The notes beneath the pieces are model-generated. The model did not search any database. It worked only from the letters and a program-made list of their open reading frames with translations, and was not told the DNA's origin. A stretch of DNA of 63,154 nt, filler included, from Reclinomonas americana ATCC 50394 (Eukaryota): the NCBI GenBank assembly GCA_048213135.1. It is 24 parts of 24 records of this genome, joined end to end, with 100 filler letters (N's around TTAATTAATTAA, not from the genome) between each part and the next. Parts side by side here need not be neighbours in the genome. Positions count along the whole stretch, not along the records: positions 1 to 5,305 come from AFZH01024532.1; positions 5,406 to 6,914 come from AFZH01024534.1; positions 7,015 to 10,400 come from AFZH01024535.1; 21 more parts are not named here. One strand, given 5' to 3'. A program made the position numbers and the translations under genes. This document shows, piece after piece, positions 1 to 9,366 of this stretch (the stretch's first letter is position 1; each line of letters starts with the position of its first letter).

Positions 1-125
1 CTTCCAGAGGAACAGCAGTCACAACAAACGGGGAAATCAGGCGGTAAAGAAGAAAAGAAGAACATACAAAAGGCTGAGAAAAACATCACAACAAACGGGA
101 AAGAAAAACACTGTGGAGAGACCAC

Positions 126-3100
126 TCACTCAAACAACCTGTCTAACTGCCAACTGTGGGGAATGACGCAGCTCTCCGGTCCATCAAAGTGAGGCTCAGC
201 ACCATCGAGCCGGACACCACGAAACACCGAGCTGAGCGCGGCAGCAACGAGAGGTCCTGGCGGTTGAGTTGCGTTGCGGGTATACAAGTTGAAGGTGTGT
301 TCGCTCTTCCAGAAGGCGACGCGGTTGAGTTGAGTGGGCTCCACACCAAGCGATGCGGCGGCAGTGATTCCACCACACCGAAGTGAACGTGCTGAGTAGC
401 GTAGTGGTGAAGCCGCTGCTGCGGAGCTGCCGTCCGAGTCCAGACCGGCAGCTTGCGTAAACGACCTGACACACTCAGAGAGAACTTTAGTAGCACGAGG
501 TCGGTCCACTTCGCTGCTGTCGTCAGTGAACGGAAAGAGTAACTCGAAAGAGTGCAACCCTCTGCGCACAAACTCAAAGAACGAGAAGAGATACTCCGGG
601 AGCGACGAGAGCAAGACCGGTCGAGGACGAGGATTGGCATCAGTGAGTCGAGACTTCTCCCACACTAACGAAACTTCTACAGACAAAGTGGCCTTGCGCA
701 GAACGATACTAGACCCACTAATCCAAAGTAACGAACGAGGACGCAAGCACATGAGGAAGCCCAGCAAGACAGACGCGACTGCACGAGTGGTGATGGCCGA
801 CCATTGAGAAAAAGCACCTTTCTGTACCGCACGAAGGATAGCACTGATCACTCTCGGGTCGAGAGGCGGGACAAGAGTAGACTTAGATCTCTTCTGCCCA
901 CCACTCGCTGCCCTTCTCAAAGTCGAGACCGACGCAACTCCAGCGAGCGCCTGTTTGACCATCTGATCGCCTAACAAAGAGGAACCAAAATAGTCAAAGT
1001 TATGACGCGACAGCGCAGCGATGTAAGTCTTGATAGTGCTGACAGCGAGGCCTCGGTTGTACAGTCCAGTGATGACTTGCACCGTCCGCTCTGCCGAAAC
1101 TGGGAAGTTGAGTGCAAAGTCACGAGTGAGCGCAGTGACCACACGCTGGTACTGCTTCTGGGTGGCTGGCTGAACAGCCGCCGCCAGCAGCTCTTCGTCG
1201 GTCAGCTCGACATCGCAACCGACGCTGAGCAGCCGGAAGATGTCGGCAGTACTTCGACCGGGTGATGCAGACCAAAGCCTGTCTGCGGCGCGTTGCGACA
1301 GAGGAGCCATGCCACCAACCGCAGGCCCTTGTGCGCTTGCGGCTCGATGTCCAGCCGCCGATGCTGCAGTGGTGTCGGAACGGCTGCGCTTGTGCCGAGG
1401 TCGACCGAGTCGATTGCGAGCCGAACAAGCCTCTTGAACCAGGTCGCGCCCGACCACCACGGTGTGATCAGCACGAGGCGACCGCGCTCGTGTCCGGTCT
1501 CCTGAAAGTGGTCCAGTACTCTGCCGATGAGAGCGAATGGGGGGCACGCGTAGAGAGTGAGCTGGTTCCACAGTTGCGAGAACGCGTCCGTCGCCGCCGC
1601 CTTGCACTCCGGGTGGAATGAATAGAAGGTCGGCAGCCTGGCTGTGTCCGTCGACGCGAAGAGGTCGACCGCCGGCGTGCCCCATCGCTGGCACAGCGCT
1701 TGGAACACCTCGGACGCCAGCGACCAGTTGTGGCGGTCGTAGCTGCGTGACGGCAAGTCCGCCAGGTTGAGCTGCGTGGGAACGTACTTGGCCGTGAAGA
1801 TCACGTTGTGCTGGAACAGCGTGGTGATAAGCCTGCGCAAAATGGAGTTGAGTCGCGGAGTCGGCGAAGTCTGCTTGTCCAGCATGCCCTTGACTCCCAT
1901 GTTGTCTGTCACGAGTGTCACTCTCTTGCCACTGATGTGAGGAAGAAATGACTCCACTGCGAACAACACTGCTAACAACTCCTTGGTGGTGATGTCCTGC
2001 GCTACGAAGTCCCCCACCCACGGCCCGCTGATTGTCTGCTCGACTGCCGCCGACTGAGTGGTGCTGACTACTGTCTCTGCCAACTGCCGTGCCTGTGACT
2101 GTGGCACCACTATGTGCGCTGCCCACCCCCGAGAAGAACTGTCCGTGGTCACTCGCAACGAATGAGTGAATGACGGCTTTCTGGCTGGCTTCTGCACTGT
2201 CTGCTGAGCGAGTGTGCACCAGAAGGTCTGCAGGTCGGAGAGAGCTTGCTGACTGAGAGAGACTGAGTGCCTCCACTTCCGTGCCACTCTGAGGTTGTGC
2301 GGTGAACTGTTCAGAGAAGTGTAAAGGGCGCGCAGGTAGAGGGAACACAAGGGCACTGCGATGCTGTGTGACTGAGCTCTGCCGATGAACTTGGCTAGTT
2401 GTCTGGCCTGAATCGAACCTCTGCTGCGTGAAATCTGGTGCAAAGTGCTCTGCGCTAACGCCTGCGTCTCTTCCACCGCTGCTGCCGGCACTCTGAACAC
2501 GGGCGTCTGTGTGCAGTCTATCTCCACTCCCAGGAAGGTGAGCTTCTGCGTGGGTTCGATCGTGCCCTTGTCTCGCTGCAAACGAATACCCAGACGGTAA
2601 AGGTAAAGGAAGAAGATGTCTCTGTTCTGCACTGCCTCCTGTATGCTGGGTGAGACTATCAAATAGTCGTCTACGTAGCAGTAAATCTGGATCCGATACT
2701 GGCGTCGCAGGAACCGCACCACCGCGGTGGAGAAGCGCTGCATCACCGACGGCGACTGGCTGAAGCCGAACGGCAGAGTCCGGTGGCACCACGCCTGCTG
2801 ACCGAGCTGACACACGAAGTGGTGGCGATCCTCCTCCGCCAGAGCTATGTGGAAGAAAGCGTCCTTCACGTCGTGACAAGTCATGTAAGCGCGGGGATAC
2901 AGCTCTTGCCCTATCTCTTTCAAGGTGGGGAACTTGTACGGCTGTGCGTGCACGCTCTGATTGAGGAACGAAAAGTTGCTGATCAACCTGTGCTTGCGTG
3001 GTGCAAGAGGGTCCAACTGCTTCTTCTCTATCAAGAACGCTGGTGACACTGACTGAAAGGAGGTCTGACTGCCTGAGAGCTCTGACAGGTTCAGGCGAGA

Positions 3101-4304
3101 GATGGCGCCGACTGACTCCAGACGGACTAGTTCCGCTGCCAGCCACTGCTGCTCGACGAGTGTGATCGGACGAGAGGGGATGTGGAAGGGAGATAACTCG
3201 CGTATCCAGTTGACAGGAAAACCGTGCACTATCCAGGAGAGGAGCTCTCTGTCTCTCGGCGTGTCGAGCAACACTCTCTGCCACCACTGTACGTGATACG
3301 TCTTTCTGAGTGTCAGCGGAATGTGCTCGAGTGGGTTGTGCGTCGGAATGAACGGCTCTGCTCCGATCACTCTGAGAAGAGGAGAAGAAGGTGGAGCGAG
3401 ACCCAGCGGTGTCACCCGAGTGTGCAACCAAGAGCGAGGCGACAGCGGGCGCGGTGAGGACGGCGCCGTGTGTGGAGGACACAGGACTGCGAAGCTCTGA
3501 CTGACTGGCTGCAACGATGGCAACTGCTGATGGCGTACCAACTCTGACTGCTGCTGCTGCTGCTGTGGTGGCGTGAGCAGAAGGGGAGAAGGCACGAGAG
3601 GCGGCGGTGGAGGCACCGTCGCGAGTGATGAAGTTGAGTGGAGATGAGAATCTCGGGGAGACAACTGTTGTGTCTGTGTGCTCACTGACTGCTGCTGCTG
3701 CGAGTGCAGAAGGAGAGTGGGAGCGGATTGATGAGGTGGGAGGAGATGAGGATCTCTGACCATGAGAGACGAGTCTGCTTGCTGATCCACTAACTGCGGA
3801 AACGACACTGTCGGGGACGAGTGGAGAGCGCGTGGAGAGGGCAGAGGCGTCTGAGGGTGTGGCAGACTCTGAGAGGAGGTGCCAGGGGAAGGGGGAACGA
3901 CAAGAGTCGAGAGAAAAGGGTTGCAAGGAACGTCGTGCGTGTTGCCCATCCCGAGACGAGGAGAAGGTGGAGATTCGTGAGGGGGTGGGGTTAGCACAGA
4001 AAGCGGTAGATGAGGTAGAGTAGAGACCTGCGTGCCGGAACATGCTGGGCCCGAAGTGGCGTTGTTGTTGGCTGCCGACAACGCTGCGGCGGTCGAGCTG
4101 CTCACTGTCCGCCTGCTCCGGCCTGACCAGCGGCGGCGGCGGCGGCGGCGTTTGGGGCACCGGCACCGGCGGCTGGCTTGCGACCAGACTTGCCACCCGA
4201 CTGGCGGTTGGCTGCGCCGTTGCTGCTGTTGCCTCGAGCCGGGCTGCCACCACCGTTGCCTCCGGCTCCACGATGGGGGCTACCACCTCCACTGCTGCTG
4301 CCAT
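126..4304 (-). CDS. DIRS tyrosine recombinase (YR domain about 126-1200; long upstream part overlaps pol in another frame)
   Basis: C-terminal motifs TIKTYIAAL, CLRPRS, EKS, SARSLRCGG, FWKS, NLYTR match the YR catalytic set. Confidence 0.88.
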   Translation of the reverse strand: MAAAVEVVAPIVEPEATVVAARLEATAATAQPTASRVASLVASQPPVPVPQTPPPPPPLVRPEQADSEQLDRRSVVGSQQQRHFGPSMFRHAGLYSTSSTAFCANPTPSRISTFSSSRDGQHARRSLQPFSLDSCRSPFPWHLLSESATPSDASALSTRSPLVPDSVVSAVSGSASRLVSHGQRSSSPPTSSIRSHSPSALAAAAVSEHTDTTVVSPRFSSPLNFITRDGASTAASRAFSPSAHATTAAAAAVRVGTPSAVAIVAASQSELRSPVSSTHGAVLTAPAVASLLVAHSGDTAGSRSTFFSSSQSDRSRAVHSDAQPTRAHSADTQKDVSRTVVAESVARHAERQRAPLLDSARFSCQLDTRVISLPHPLSSDHTRRAAVAGSGTSPSGVSRRHLSPEPVRALRQSDLLSVSVTSVLDREEAVGPSCTTQAQVDQQLFVPQSERARTAVQVPHLERDRARAVSPRLHDLSRREGRFLPHSSGGGGSPPLRVSARSAGVVPPDSAVRLQPVAVGDAALLHRGGAVPATPVSDPDLLLRRRLFDSLTQHTGGSAEQRHLLPLPLPSGYSFAARQGHDRTHAEAHLPGSGDRLHTDARVQSAGSSGGRDAGVSAEHFAPDFTQQRFDSGQTTSQVHRQSSVTQHRSALVFPLPARPLHFSEQFTAQPQSGTEVEALSLSQSASSLRPADLLVHTRSADSAEASQKAVIHSFVASDHGQFFSGVGSAHSGATVTGTAVGRDSSQHHSVGGSRADNQRAVGGGLRSAGHHHQGVVSSVVRSGVISSSHQWQESDTRDRQHGSQGHAGQADFADSATQLHFAQAYHHAVPAQRDLHGQVRSHAAQPGGLAVTQLRPPQLVAGVRGVPSAVPAMGHAGGRPLRVDGHSQAADLLFIPPGVQGGGDGRVLATVEPAHSLRVPPIRSHRQSTGPLSGDRTRARSPRADHTVVVGRDLVQEACSARNRLGRPRHKRSRSDTTAASAAGHRAASAQGPAVGGMAPLSQRAADRLWSASPGRSTADIFRLLSVGCDVELTDEELLAAAVQPATQKQYQRVVTALTRDFALNFPVSAERTVQVITGLYNRGLAVSTIKTYIAALSRHNFDYFGSSLLGDQMVKQALAGVASVSTLRRAASGGQKRSKSTLVPPLDPRVISAILRAVQKGAFSQWSAITTRAVASVLLGFLMCLRPRSLLWISGSSIVLRKATLSVEVSLVWEKSRLTDANPRPRPVLLSSLPEYLFSFFEFVRRGLHSFELLFPFTDDSSEVDRPRATKVLSECVRSFTQAAGLDSDGSSAAAASPLRYSARSLRCGGITAAASLGVEPTQLNRVAFWKSEHTFNLYTRNATQPPGPLVAAALSSVFRGVRLDGAEPHFDGPESCVIPHSWQLDRLFE
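1202..4105 (-). CDS. DIRS pol: reverse transcriptase + RNase H + DNA N6-adenine methyltransferase-like domain
   Basis: RT motifs DVKDAFFHI, LPFGFSQSP, YVDD (2666-2677), FLGVEID; RNase H motifs TDSS..GW, ITTKELLA, TDN, NLADLPSR; MT-like motifs W..PAVDLFAS, DAFSQLW, YACPPF, LITPWW. Confidence 0.93.
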   Translation of the reverse strand: MSSSTAAALSAANNNATSGPACSGTQVSTLPHLPLSVLTPPPHESPPSPRLGMGNTHDVPCNPFLSTLVVPPSPGTSSQSLPHPQTPLPSPRALHSSPTVSFPQLVDQQADSSLMVRDPHLLPPHQSAPTLLLHSQQQQSVSTQTQQLSPRDSHLHSTSSLATVPPPPPLVPSPLLLTPPQQQQQQSELVRHQQLPSLQPVSQSFAVLCPPHTAPSSPRPLSPRSWLHTRVTPLGLAPPSSPLLRVIGAEPFIPTHNPLEHIPLTLRKTYHVQWWQRVLLDTPRDRELLSWIVHGFPVNWIRELSPFHIPSRPITLVEQQWLAAELVRLESVGAISRLNLSELSGSQTSFQSVSPAFLIEKKQLDPLAPRKHRLISNFSFLNQSVHAQPYKFPTLKEIGQELYPRAYMTCHDVKDAFFHIALAEEDRHHFVCQLGQQAWCHRTLPFGFSQSPSVMQRFSTAVVRFLRRQYRIQIYCYVDDYLIVSPSIQEAVQNRDIFFLYLYRLGIRLQRDKGTIEPTQKLTFLGVEIDCTQTPVFRVPAAAVEETQALAQSTLHQISRSRGSIQARQLAKFIGRAQSHSIAVPLCSLYLRALYTSLNSSPHNLRVARKWRHSVSLSQQALSDLQTFWCTLAQQTVQKPARKPSFTHSLRVTTDSSSRGWAAHIVVPQSQARQLAETVVSTTQSAAVEQTISGPWVGDFVAQDITTKELLAVLFAVESFLPHISGKRVTLVTDNMGVKGMLDKQTSPTPRLNSILRRLITTLFQHNVIFTAKYVPTQLNLADLPSRSYDRHNWSLASEVFQALCQRWGTPAVDLFASTDTARLPTFYSFHPECKAAATDAFSQLWNQLTLYACPPFALIGRVLDHFQETGHERGRLVLITPWWSGATWFKRLVRLAIDSVDLGTSAAVPTPLQHRRLDIEPQAHKGLRLVAWLLCRNAPQTGFGLHHPVEVLPTSSGCSASVAMSS

Positions 4305-5265
4305 TGCGCCGGGCAGTGTTTCTGCGCTGGTGGCTCGGCTCGGCCTGCTCTGACCGAAAGGAATGGCGGCTTGACGAGCCGCCGGTGGCCGACTGCACAG
4401 TGGCCATGTACGACCCAGTCGTGTCGGTGGCGATAATGCGGCCGGCCATCAGCACCCGACTGGTCGCGTCGTCCCTCGGTCCGTCGCCTTGCAGCCGTGC
4501 CATGCGGGTGGCACAGAAAGCCTCGGCCGGCGAGGTCTTGAGGCTGCTGGCCGGCTTGTCCTTGATCAGCGACAGCTGAGCGAACTGGTCCCACTCGAGG
4601 GGGCAAGTGGCGGCGTGATCGACGGCGACCGTGACCTGAGTGGCGAGGCGTTGCTGCGTAAGCAGGCTCGGCAAGATGAAACGGTCTGCCGCCTGCTTGC
4701 CGAGCTCCTCGACCATCGCGTAGTACGCGCGAGTCAGCTGCTCCAGCGACTGGAGAGTGGTCTCGGCGATCTCGGCTGTCCGAAGGGCTGCGGCACAGTC
4801 GCTGATGTAGCTCCAACGAAACACACTGTGTTGAATGGTGTCAAGAGACTCCGACTTGAGGTTAGAGTTAGTGACAGGCTCCATGTAGGCGCGGTGGTCC
4901 GACGGACTCATCGGGGTGGAAAAAACACCGCTCCGCTGCTGTCGAAGCTTCGTCACTGCCTCATTGAGGGTGTTAAAGTAGAAACGATGAAACGGCTTCT
5001 TCTGCGACGTAGTCGTCTCCACAACCAAGCGGTGCCCAGTCTCAGTGATCGGAATGAGTCGCTCAGCCTCCGGGCTGGCCGGAATGAAATGCACCGGACT
5101 ACCGACAGTCGCACCTGCAGCGAAGTGCAGCGGACTGCCAACAGTCGTGCCAGCGCCAGGAGTGAGGTGGTTCACCTGCGAGGGCAGCGAGTCATCAAAC
5201 AGGGCGCGGTTAGAGTGCGAGCGCACCTGCAGGTCGCCCAGGGCTGCCGTCTCGCCAAGTCCCAC
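4102..5265 (-). CDS. Gag-like ORF1 of the DIRS element (start uncertain)
   Basis: 387-aa ORF directly upstream of pol, helical-looking core and Gly/Arg-rich tail; assigned by position; no CCHC knuckle seen. Confidence 0.65.
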   Translation of the reverse strand: MGLGETAALGDLQVRSHSNRALFDDSLPSQVNHLTPGAGTTVGSPLHFAAGATVGSPVHFIPASPEAERLIPITETGHRLVVETTTSQKKPFHRFYFNTLNEAVTKLRQQRSGVFSTPMSPSDHRAYMEPVTNSNLKSESLDTIQHSVFRWSYISDCAAALRTAEIAETTLQSLEQLTRAYYAMVEELGKQAADRFILPSLLTQQRLATQVTVAVDHAATCPLEWDQFAQLSLIKDKPASSLKTSPAEAFCATRMARLQGDGPRDDATSRVLMAGRIIATDTTGSYMATVQSATGGSSSRHSFRSEQAEPSHQRRNTARRNGSSSGGGSPHRGAGGNGGGSPARGNSSNGAANRQSGGKSGRKPAAGAGAPNAAAAAAAGQAGAGGQ

Positions 5266-5305
5266 ACCCTCCGAAAAGGCGCCTGGCGTAGCGAAAGCAT
5301 GGCCC

Positions 5306-5405
5306 NNNNNNNNNNNNNNNNNNNNNNNNNNNNNNNNNNNNNNNNNNNNTTAATTAATTAANNNNNNNNNNNNNNNNNNNNNNNNNNNNNNNNNNNNNNN
5401 NNNNN
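5306..5405. other. Artificial contig linker (first of 23; others start at 6915, 10401, 12254, 17494, 20161, 21441, 26536, 27800, 29236, 30531, 31879, 34561, 39588, 41238, 44189, 46664, 49288, 51700, 55073, 56609, 58178, 60809)
   Basis: Identical 100-nt N44-TTAATTAATTAA-N44 spacer with stops in all six frames; composition and taxon often change across it. Confidence 0.98.
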
Positions 5406-5481
5406 CGTCAACCGAAAATCTGAACGAATCGTTCGCCATCCGCGCTTTGCCGGATTTCTACGATCAGATCACGCTTGCTGC

Positions 5482-6249
5482 TCAATCACCCTGTTCTGCC
5501 AGCGCGAACGAGATCGCGGTGACCGGGTCGAGCCGGGCGATCACCGGACCGACCGTCGGCGCGAGCACGCCGCCGCAGAGGCTGCCCGTGGTGATGATCT
5601 GGCCGGCCTTGAGCGGACCGAGCGGCCCCTCGACCGGGCGATTCGCCCAGGCGAGCGCGGTGACCAGCGGATCGCCATTGGCATGCAGCGCCTGGCGGTC
5701 ATAGAGCACGTCGCCATCGAGCTCGACCGTGCAATTCAGGGCCGGGACGTCGTCGAAGATGCTGAAAGGAACCTCGGGACCGAGCAGGTAGCCGCCATGC
5801 CCCATTGCATCGGCCAGCCAGAGCGGGAACGGCACATTGGTCCAGTCGGCGATGCGGCTCTCGACGATCTCGATCCCGACGAGGGCGGCGTCGCAATGGT
5901 CGATCAGCTCCTCGCGGGTATAGGGCTGGCCGGGGCGCAGCGGCATGTCGCGGCCGAGCCGGACGGCGAGCTCGATCTCGACGCGCAATTCGGCGCCGTG
6001 GACGCCGCGATAGGTGTCGCCGGACTTGAGATAGGGCCCCTGCATCAGCCCGGCCATCGGCCGGCCGCCCTCGCCGAGCGAGACCTTCCAGCCGGCGAGC
6101 GGATAGCCCATGCCCTTGTTGACCTCGGCCTGCGCGGCGAAGCCGGCATCGACATCGGCAGGGACCGGCAGGGTCGCGATATCGACCAGCTTGTGGCCGC
6201 GGCGGGCGGCGATGAAGGCGCCAGCAAGAGTCTCGGTCGTCACAGCCAT
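5482..6249 (-). CDS. 2-keto-4-pentenoate hydratase / fumarylacetoacetate hydrolase family protein (bacterial)
   Basis: Motifs GWKV, VEIELAVRLGRD, GIEIVESR, LAD, GDPL, LKAGQIITTGS. Confidence 0.85.
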   Translation of the reverse strand: MAVTTETLAGAFIAARRGHKLVDIATLPVPADVDAGFAAQAEVNKGMGYPLAGWKVSLGEGGRPMAGLMQGPYLKSGDTYRGVHGAELRVEIELAVRLGRDMPLRPGQPYTREELIDHCDAALVGIEIVESRIADWTNVPFPLWLADAMGHGGYLLGPEVPFSIFDDVPALNCTVELDGDVLYDRQALHANGDPLVTALAWANRPVEGPLGPLKAGQIITTGSLCGGVLAPTVGPVIARLDPVTAISFALAEQGD

Positions 6250-6350
6250 GGTCGTCTCGTCCCCGTCACCATCATGGCGGAACCTCGCCGCCTCATCTTC
6301 TCTGGCTACAGCATCGACCGGCTTGCGGAAACCCAGGATTGGGACATGGA

Positions 6351-6914
6351 CTATTTCCGGCTGGCGAGCACGACGCCGAGCACGGCGACCGCCATGCCGA
6401 CGAGCTGGATCGGGCTCAGCGTCTCACCGAAGAGGATCCAGGCCTCGACCGCGACCGCCGGCGGCACGAGGTAGAGAAAGGTCGCGATGCGCGAGACCTG
6501 GCCGCGGCGGATCATCACGAGATAGAGCCCGATGCCGCCGAGCGAGAGCGCCAGAACCGACCAGGCCAGGACAAGGCCCATGGTCAGATTCCACTCGATC
6601 CGCATCGGCTCGAGCAGGAAGGCGAAGGGCAGCGTGAACAGGAAGGCGGCGATGTACTGCACCGCCGTCACCGTGCGCAGGTCGCCCTCGACGATGCGCG
6701 CCTTCTGCCAGAACGAGCCGAGCGTGACCGACAGCATGCCGACGACGTTGACGACGATGGGCAGCGCGACGGCATGAAGCGCCTCGGGCGCGACGCCGAC
6801 CAGCTTCGGCTCCAGCACCAGCGCGATACCGACGAAGCCGAAAACGATGCCGAGCCAGCGGATCGGCGAGATGCTCTCGCGCATGATCAAGGGCGCAAAC
6901 AAGGCCGTCAGGAC
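6351..6914 (-). CDS. DMT/EamA family transporter, 5' truncated (bacterial)
   Basis: Multiple TM helices; YLVPP.A..EAWILFGETLS..QLVG motif. Confidence 0.88.
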   Translation of the reverse strand, partial: VLTALFAPLIMRESISPIRWLGIVFGFVGIALVLEPKLVGVAPEALHAVALPIVVNVVGMLSVTLGSFWQKARIVEGDLRTVTAVQYIAAFLFTLPFAFLLEPMRIEWNLTMGLVLAWSVLALSLGGIGLYLVMIRRGQVSRIATFLYLVPPAVAVEAWILFGETLSPIQLVGMAVAVLGVVLASRK

Positions 6915-7415
6915 NNNNNNNNNNNNNNNNNNNNNNNNNNNNNNNNNNNNNNNNNNNNTTAATTAATTAANNNNNNNNNNNNNNNNNNNNNNNNNNNNNN
7001 NNNNNNNNNNNNNNGCTCTCAATTTTTTGGGCGCCAAGATTCACCTCTTGTGAGGATGGCCTTCCATGCCATATGCGGCGAAAGACCCGGATCACAGTGC
7101 TTATTGCAGCTTGGGCCAAAGAAACTGCATTCGGTGGATGCCATTCCCTGATTGGTTCTGCATTCCTGTTCGCAGTGTGGTTTTGTTGGACGGCTCGTTG
7201 CCCGTCCACCACCTGACCACCGCCTGCAGCTTCTGCTGCAGCTGCAAACCAAATTTCCAGCATTTGCACCGGTCGCTTCGAATTCATTCACGCGTGCGAC
7301 TCTCCAGAAGCAATTGCATCGGCCTTGGAAACCAAGAGGGCCATCCTCTCCATGTGTCCACTCACCTCGCCTTCAAGTTGTCCACTTCCACTCGCAGGAC
7401 ATCTCACCAATCCAA

Positions 7416-9366
7416 ATGTTCCGTCACATGCGCACACCCTCTCTCCCCTTTCTCTCCCCCGCCCCCTCCCCACTCACTCCACCACCCACTCTCAGGACCT
7501 CCTCCACCCTCCCCCACACCATCGAGCTGTACTACGACATTGCCAGCCCGTACTCCTACGTGGCCTTTGAGCTACTCTGTCGCTGCGCCGGCCCGCACCT
7601 GCGCGCCCGCCTCGTCCTCCGCCCGATCTTCCTCGGCGGAGTGATGAAGGCGACAGGCAATCGCCCGCCTGGTCTTGTCATGGCCAAGCGCGTGTACATG
7701 TTCCGCGACTTGGCGCGTTTGGCGGATTTCTATCGCTTGCCGCTGCGCGCGCCCAAGGAGTTTGAGGTGATCTTTCACACGTTGCAGGCGCAGCGGTTGT
7801 TGGTGGCGGTGCAGTTGCATAAGCCGGAGTTTGTGGAGGAGGTGGGTGGTTGGGGGAGGGAGGGAGAGGGAGAGGGAGAGCGGGAGAGGGAGGGAAGGGA
7901 AGGAAGGGAGAAGAGAGAGAGAAGAGAAGAGTGAGAGTGAGAGAGAGAGAGTGAGAGTGAGAGAGTGTGCACTCTCCTCCTCTTGTCGCTGCTTGCTCAG
8001 CCGCTGCTTTGCTCGGTTGCTGCTTGTTTGGTCGCTGCTTGCGCTGTCGCTGCTTGCGCTGTCGCTGCTTGCTCGGTCGCTGCTTGCTCAGTCGCTGCTT
8101 GCTCTGTCGCTGCTTGCTCTGTCGCTCCTTGCTCTGTCGCTGCTTGCGCTGTCGCTGCTTGCGCTGTCGCTGCTTGCGCTGTCGCTGCTTGCGCTGTCGC
8201 TGCTTGCGCTGTCGCTGCTTGCTCGGTCGCTCTCTTGCTCTATCGCTCCTTGCTCTGTTGCTCCTTGCGCTGTCGCTGTATGCTCTGTCGCTGCTTGCTC
8301 AGTCGCTACTTGCTCTGTCGGTGCTTACTCTGTCGCTCCTTGCGCTGTCGCTGTATGCTCTGTCGCTGCTTGTTTGGTCGCTGCTTGCGCTGTCGCTGCT
8401 TGCGCTGTCGCTGCTTGCGCTGTCGCTGCTTGCGCTGTCGCTGCTTGCGCTGTCGCTGTCTTGCGCTGTCGCTGCTTGCGCTGTCGCTGCTTGCGCTGTC
8501 GCTGTCTTGCGCTGTCGCTGCTTGCGCTGTCGGTGTTTGCTCGGTCGCGCTCCTGTCTCTCCTTGCTCAGTCGCTGCTTGCGCTGTCGGTGCTTGCGCTG
8601 TCGGTGCTTGCACTGTCGGTGCTTGCGCTGTCGCTGCTTGCGCTGTCGCTGCTTGCTCGGTCGCTCTCTTGCTCTATCGCCGTCTTGCTCGGTCGCTCTC
8701 TTGCGCGGTCGCTGCTTGCTCGGTCGCTGCTTGCTCAGTCTCTGATTGCTCAGTCGTTGCTTTCTTGCTCTGTCGCTGCTTGCTGTGTCGCTGCTTGCTC
8801 TGTCGCTCCTTGCTCTATCGCTCCGTGTCCCTGTCGCTGCTTGCTCTTTCATCTGCGACATTCTCACCCATAAACTGACTGCGTGCCACACATTCTCCCT
8901 CCTCCCTTTCTCCCCCTCTCCCTCCCTTCCCTCTCCCTCTCCCTCCCTCTCCTTCTCCCCCCTCCAGGTCACCCGCCAGCTCTACCGTCGAGTCTGGTTC
9001 CGCGACGAGGACGTCAAGAGCGCGGCCAGCCTGGTGGCGGCCTGCGAAGCGGCGGGACTCTCCACGGCGGTGGCTGAGGATCTCGTGAAAAAGGTAAACC
9101 TTTCTTCACCTCCTTTCTTCCCCTTCACTCTCTAACTTCCTTGCCCTTCCACGCAGAGCAACGATCCCGCCACCAAGGAGGCACTCACCAAGGAGACCGA
9201 GCGCGCCGTACAGCGCGGCATGTTTGGCGCCCCCACCCTCATGGTCACGCGCGGCGGCGACCAAAACTCCGAGCTGTTCTTTGGCAGCGACCGCATGCAC
9301 CTGCTCGCCGACTACCTCGGCTCTGCGTGGCCGATGAACGGTATGCCGAGGGGACCGAGTCTGTGA
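7416..9366 (+). CDS. GSTK1: Glutathione S-transferase kappa (DsbA/HCCA isomerase family); exons about 7416-7841, 8968-9093, 9157-9366
   Basis: Motifs IELYYDIASPYSY, RPIFLGGVMKATGNRPP, GMFGAPT, LFFGSDRM; GT-AG junctions join in frame; start codon uncertain. Confidence 0.88.
7985..8845. repeat. Intronic minisatellite, 15-bp unit (GCTGTCGCTGCTTGC)n
   Basis: Dozens of degenerate tandem copies inside GST kappa intron 1. Confidence 0.95.

Larger units (their letters stand above)
1..5305 (-). mobile_element. DIRS-like tyrosine-recombinase retrotransposon (termini not identifiable)
   Basis: Intronless gag-like ORF, RT-RNaseH-methyltransferase ORF and an overlapping tyrosine recombinase ORF, which is the DIRS1 layout. 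Confidence 0.93.

Noticed and set aside
18..103. Short direct repeat TCACAACAAACGGG near the DIRS 3' end as a terminal repeat or ICR
   Set aside because: Only about 14 bp, with no counterpart at the other end of the contig; termini cannot be defined.
1202..4105. Bacterial RT system (retron, DGR, group II intron) paired with a phage integrase
   Set aside because: The RT is LTR/DIRS-type with RNase H and an MT domain, and the YR overlaps it as in DIRS.
5350..5361. Recurrent TTAATTAATTAA palindrome and ORFs ending in X...LIN
   Set aside because: Synthetic linker, not biological.
5406..6914. Horizontal transfer of bacterial genes into the eukaryote
   Set aside because: Bacterial genes occur only on separate linker-bounded contigs; no junction is visible.
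7831..8972. Long Cys/Ala/Leu repeat ORFs in several frames
   Set aside because: They are translations of a stop-free 15-bp minisatellite inside a GT-AG intron whose removal restores GST kappa.
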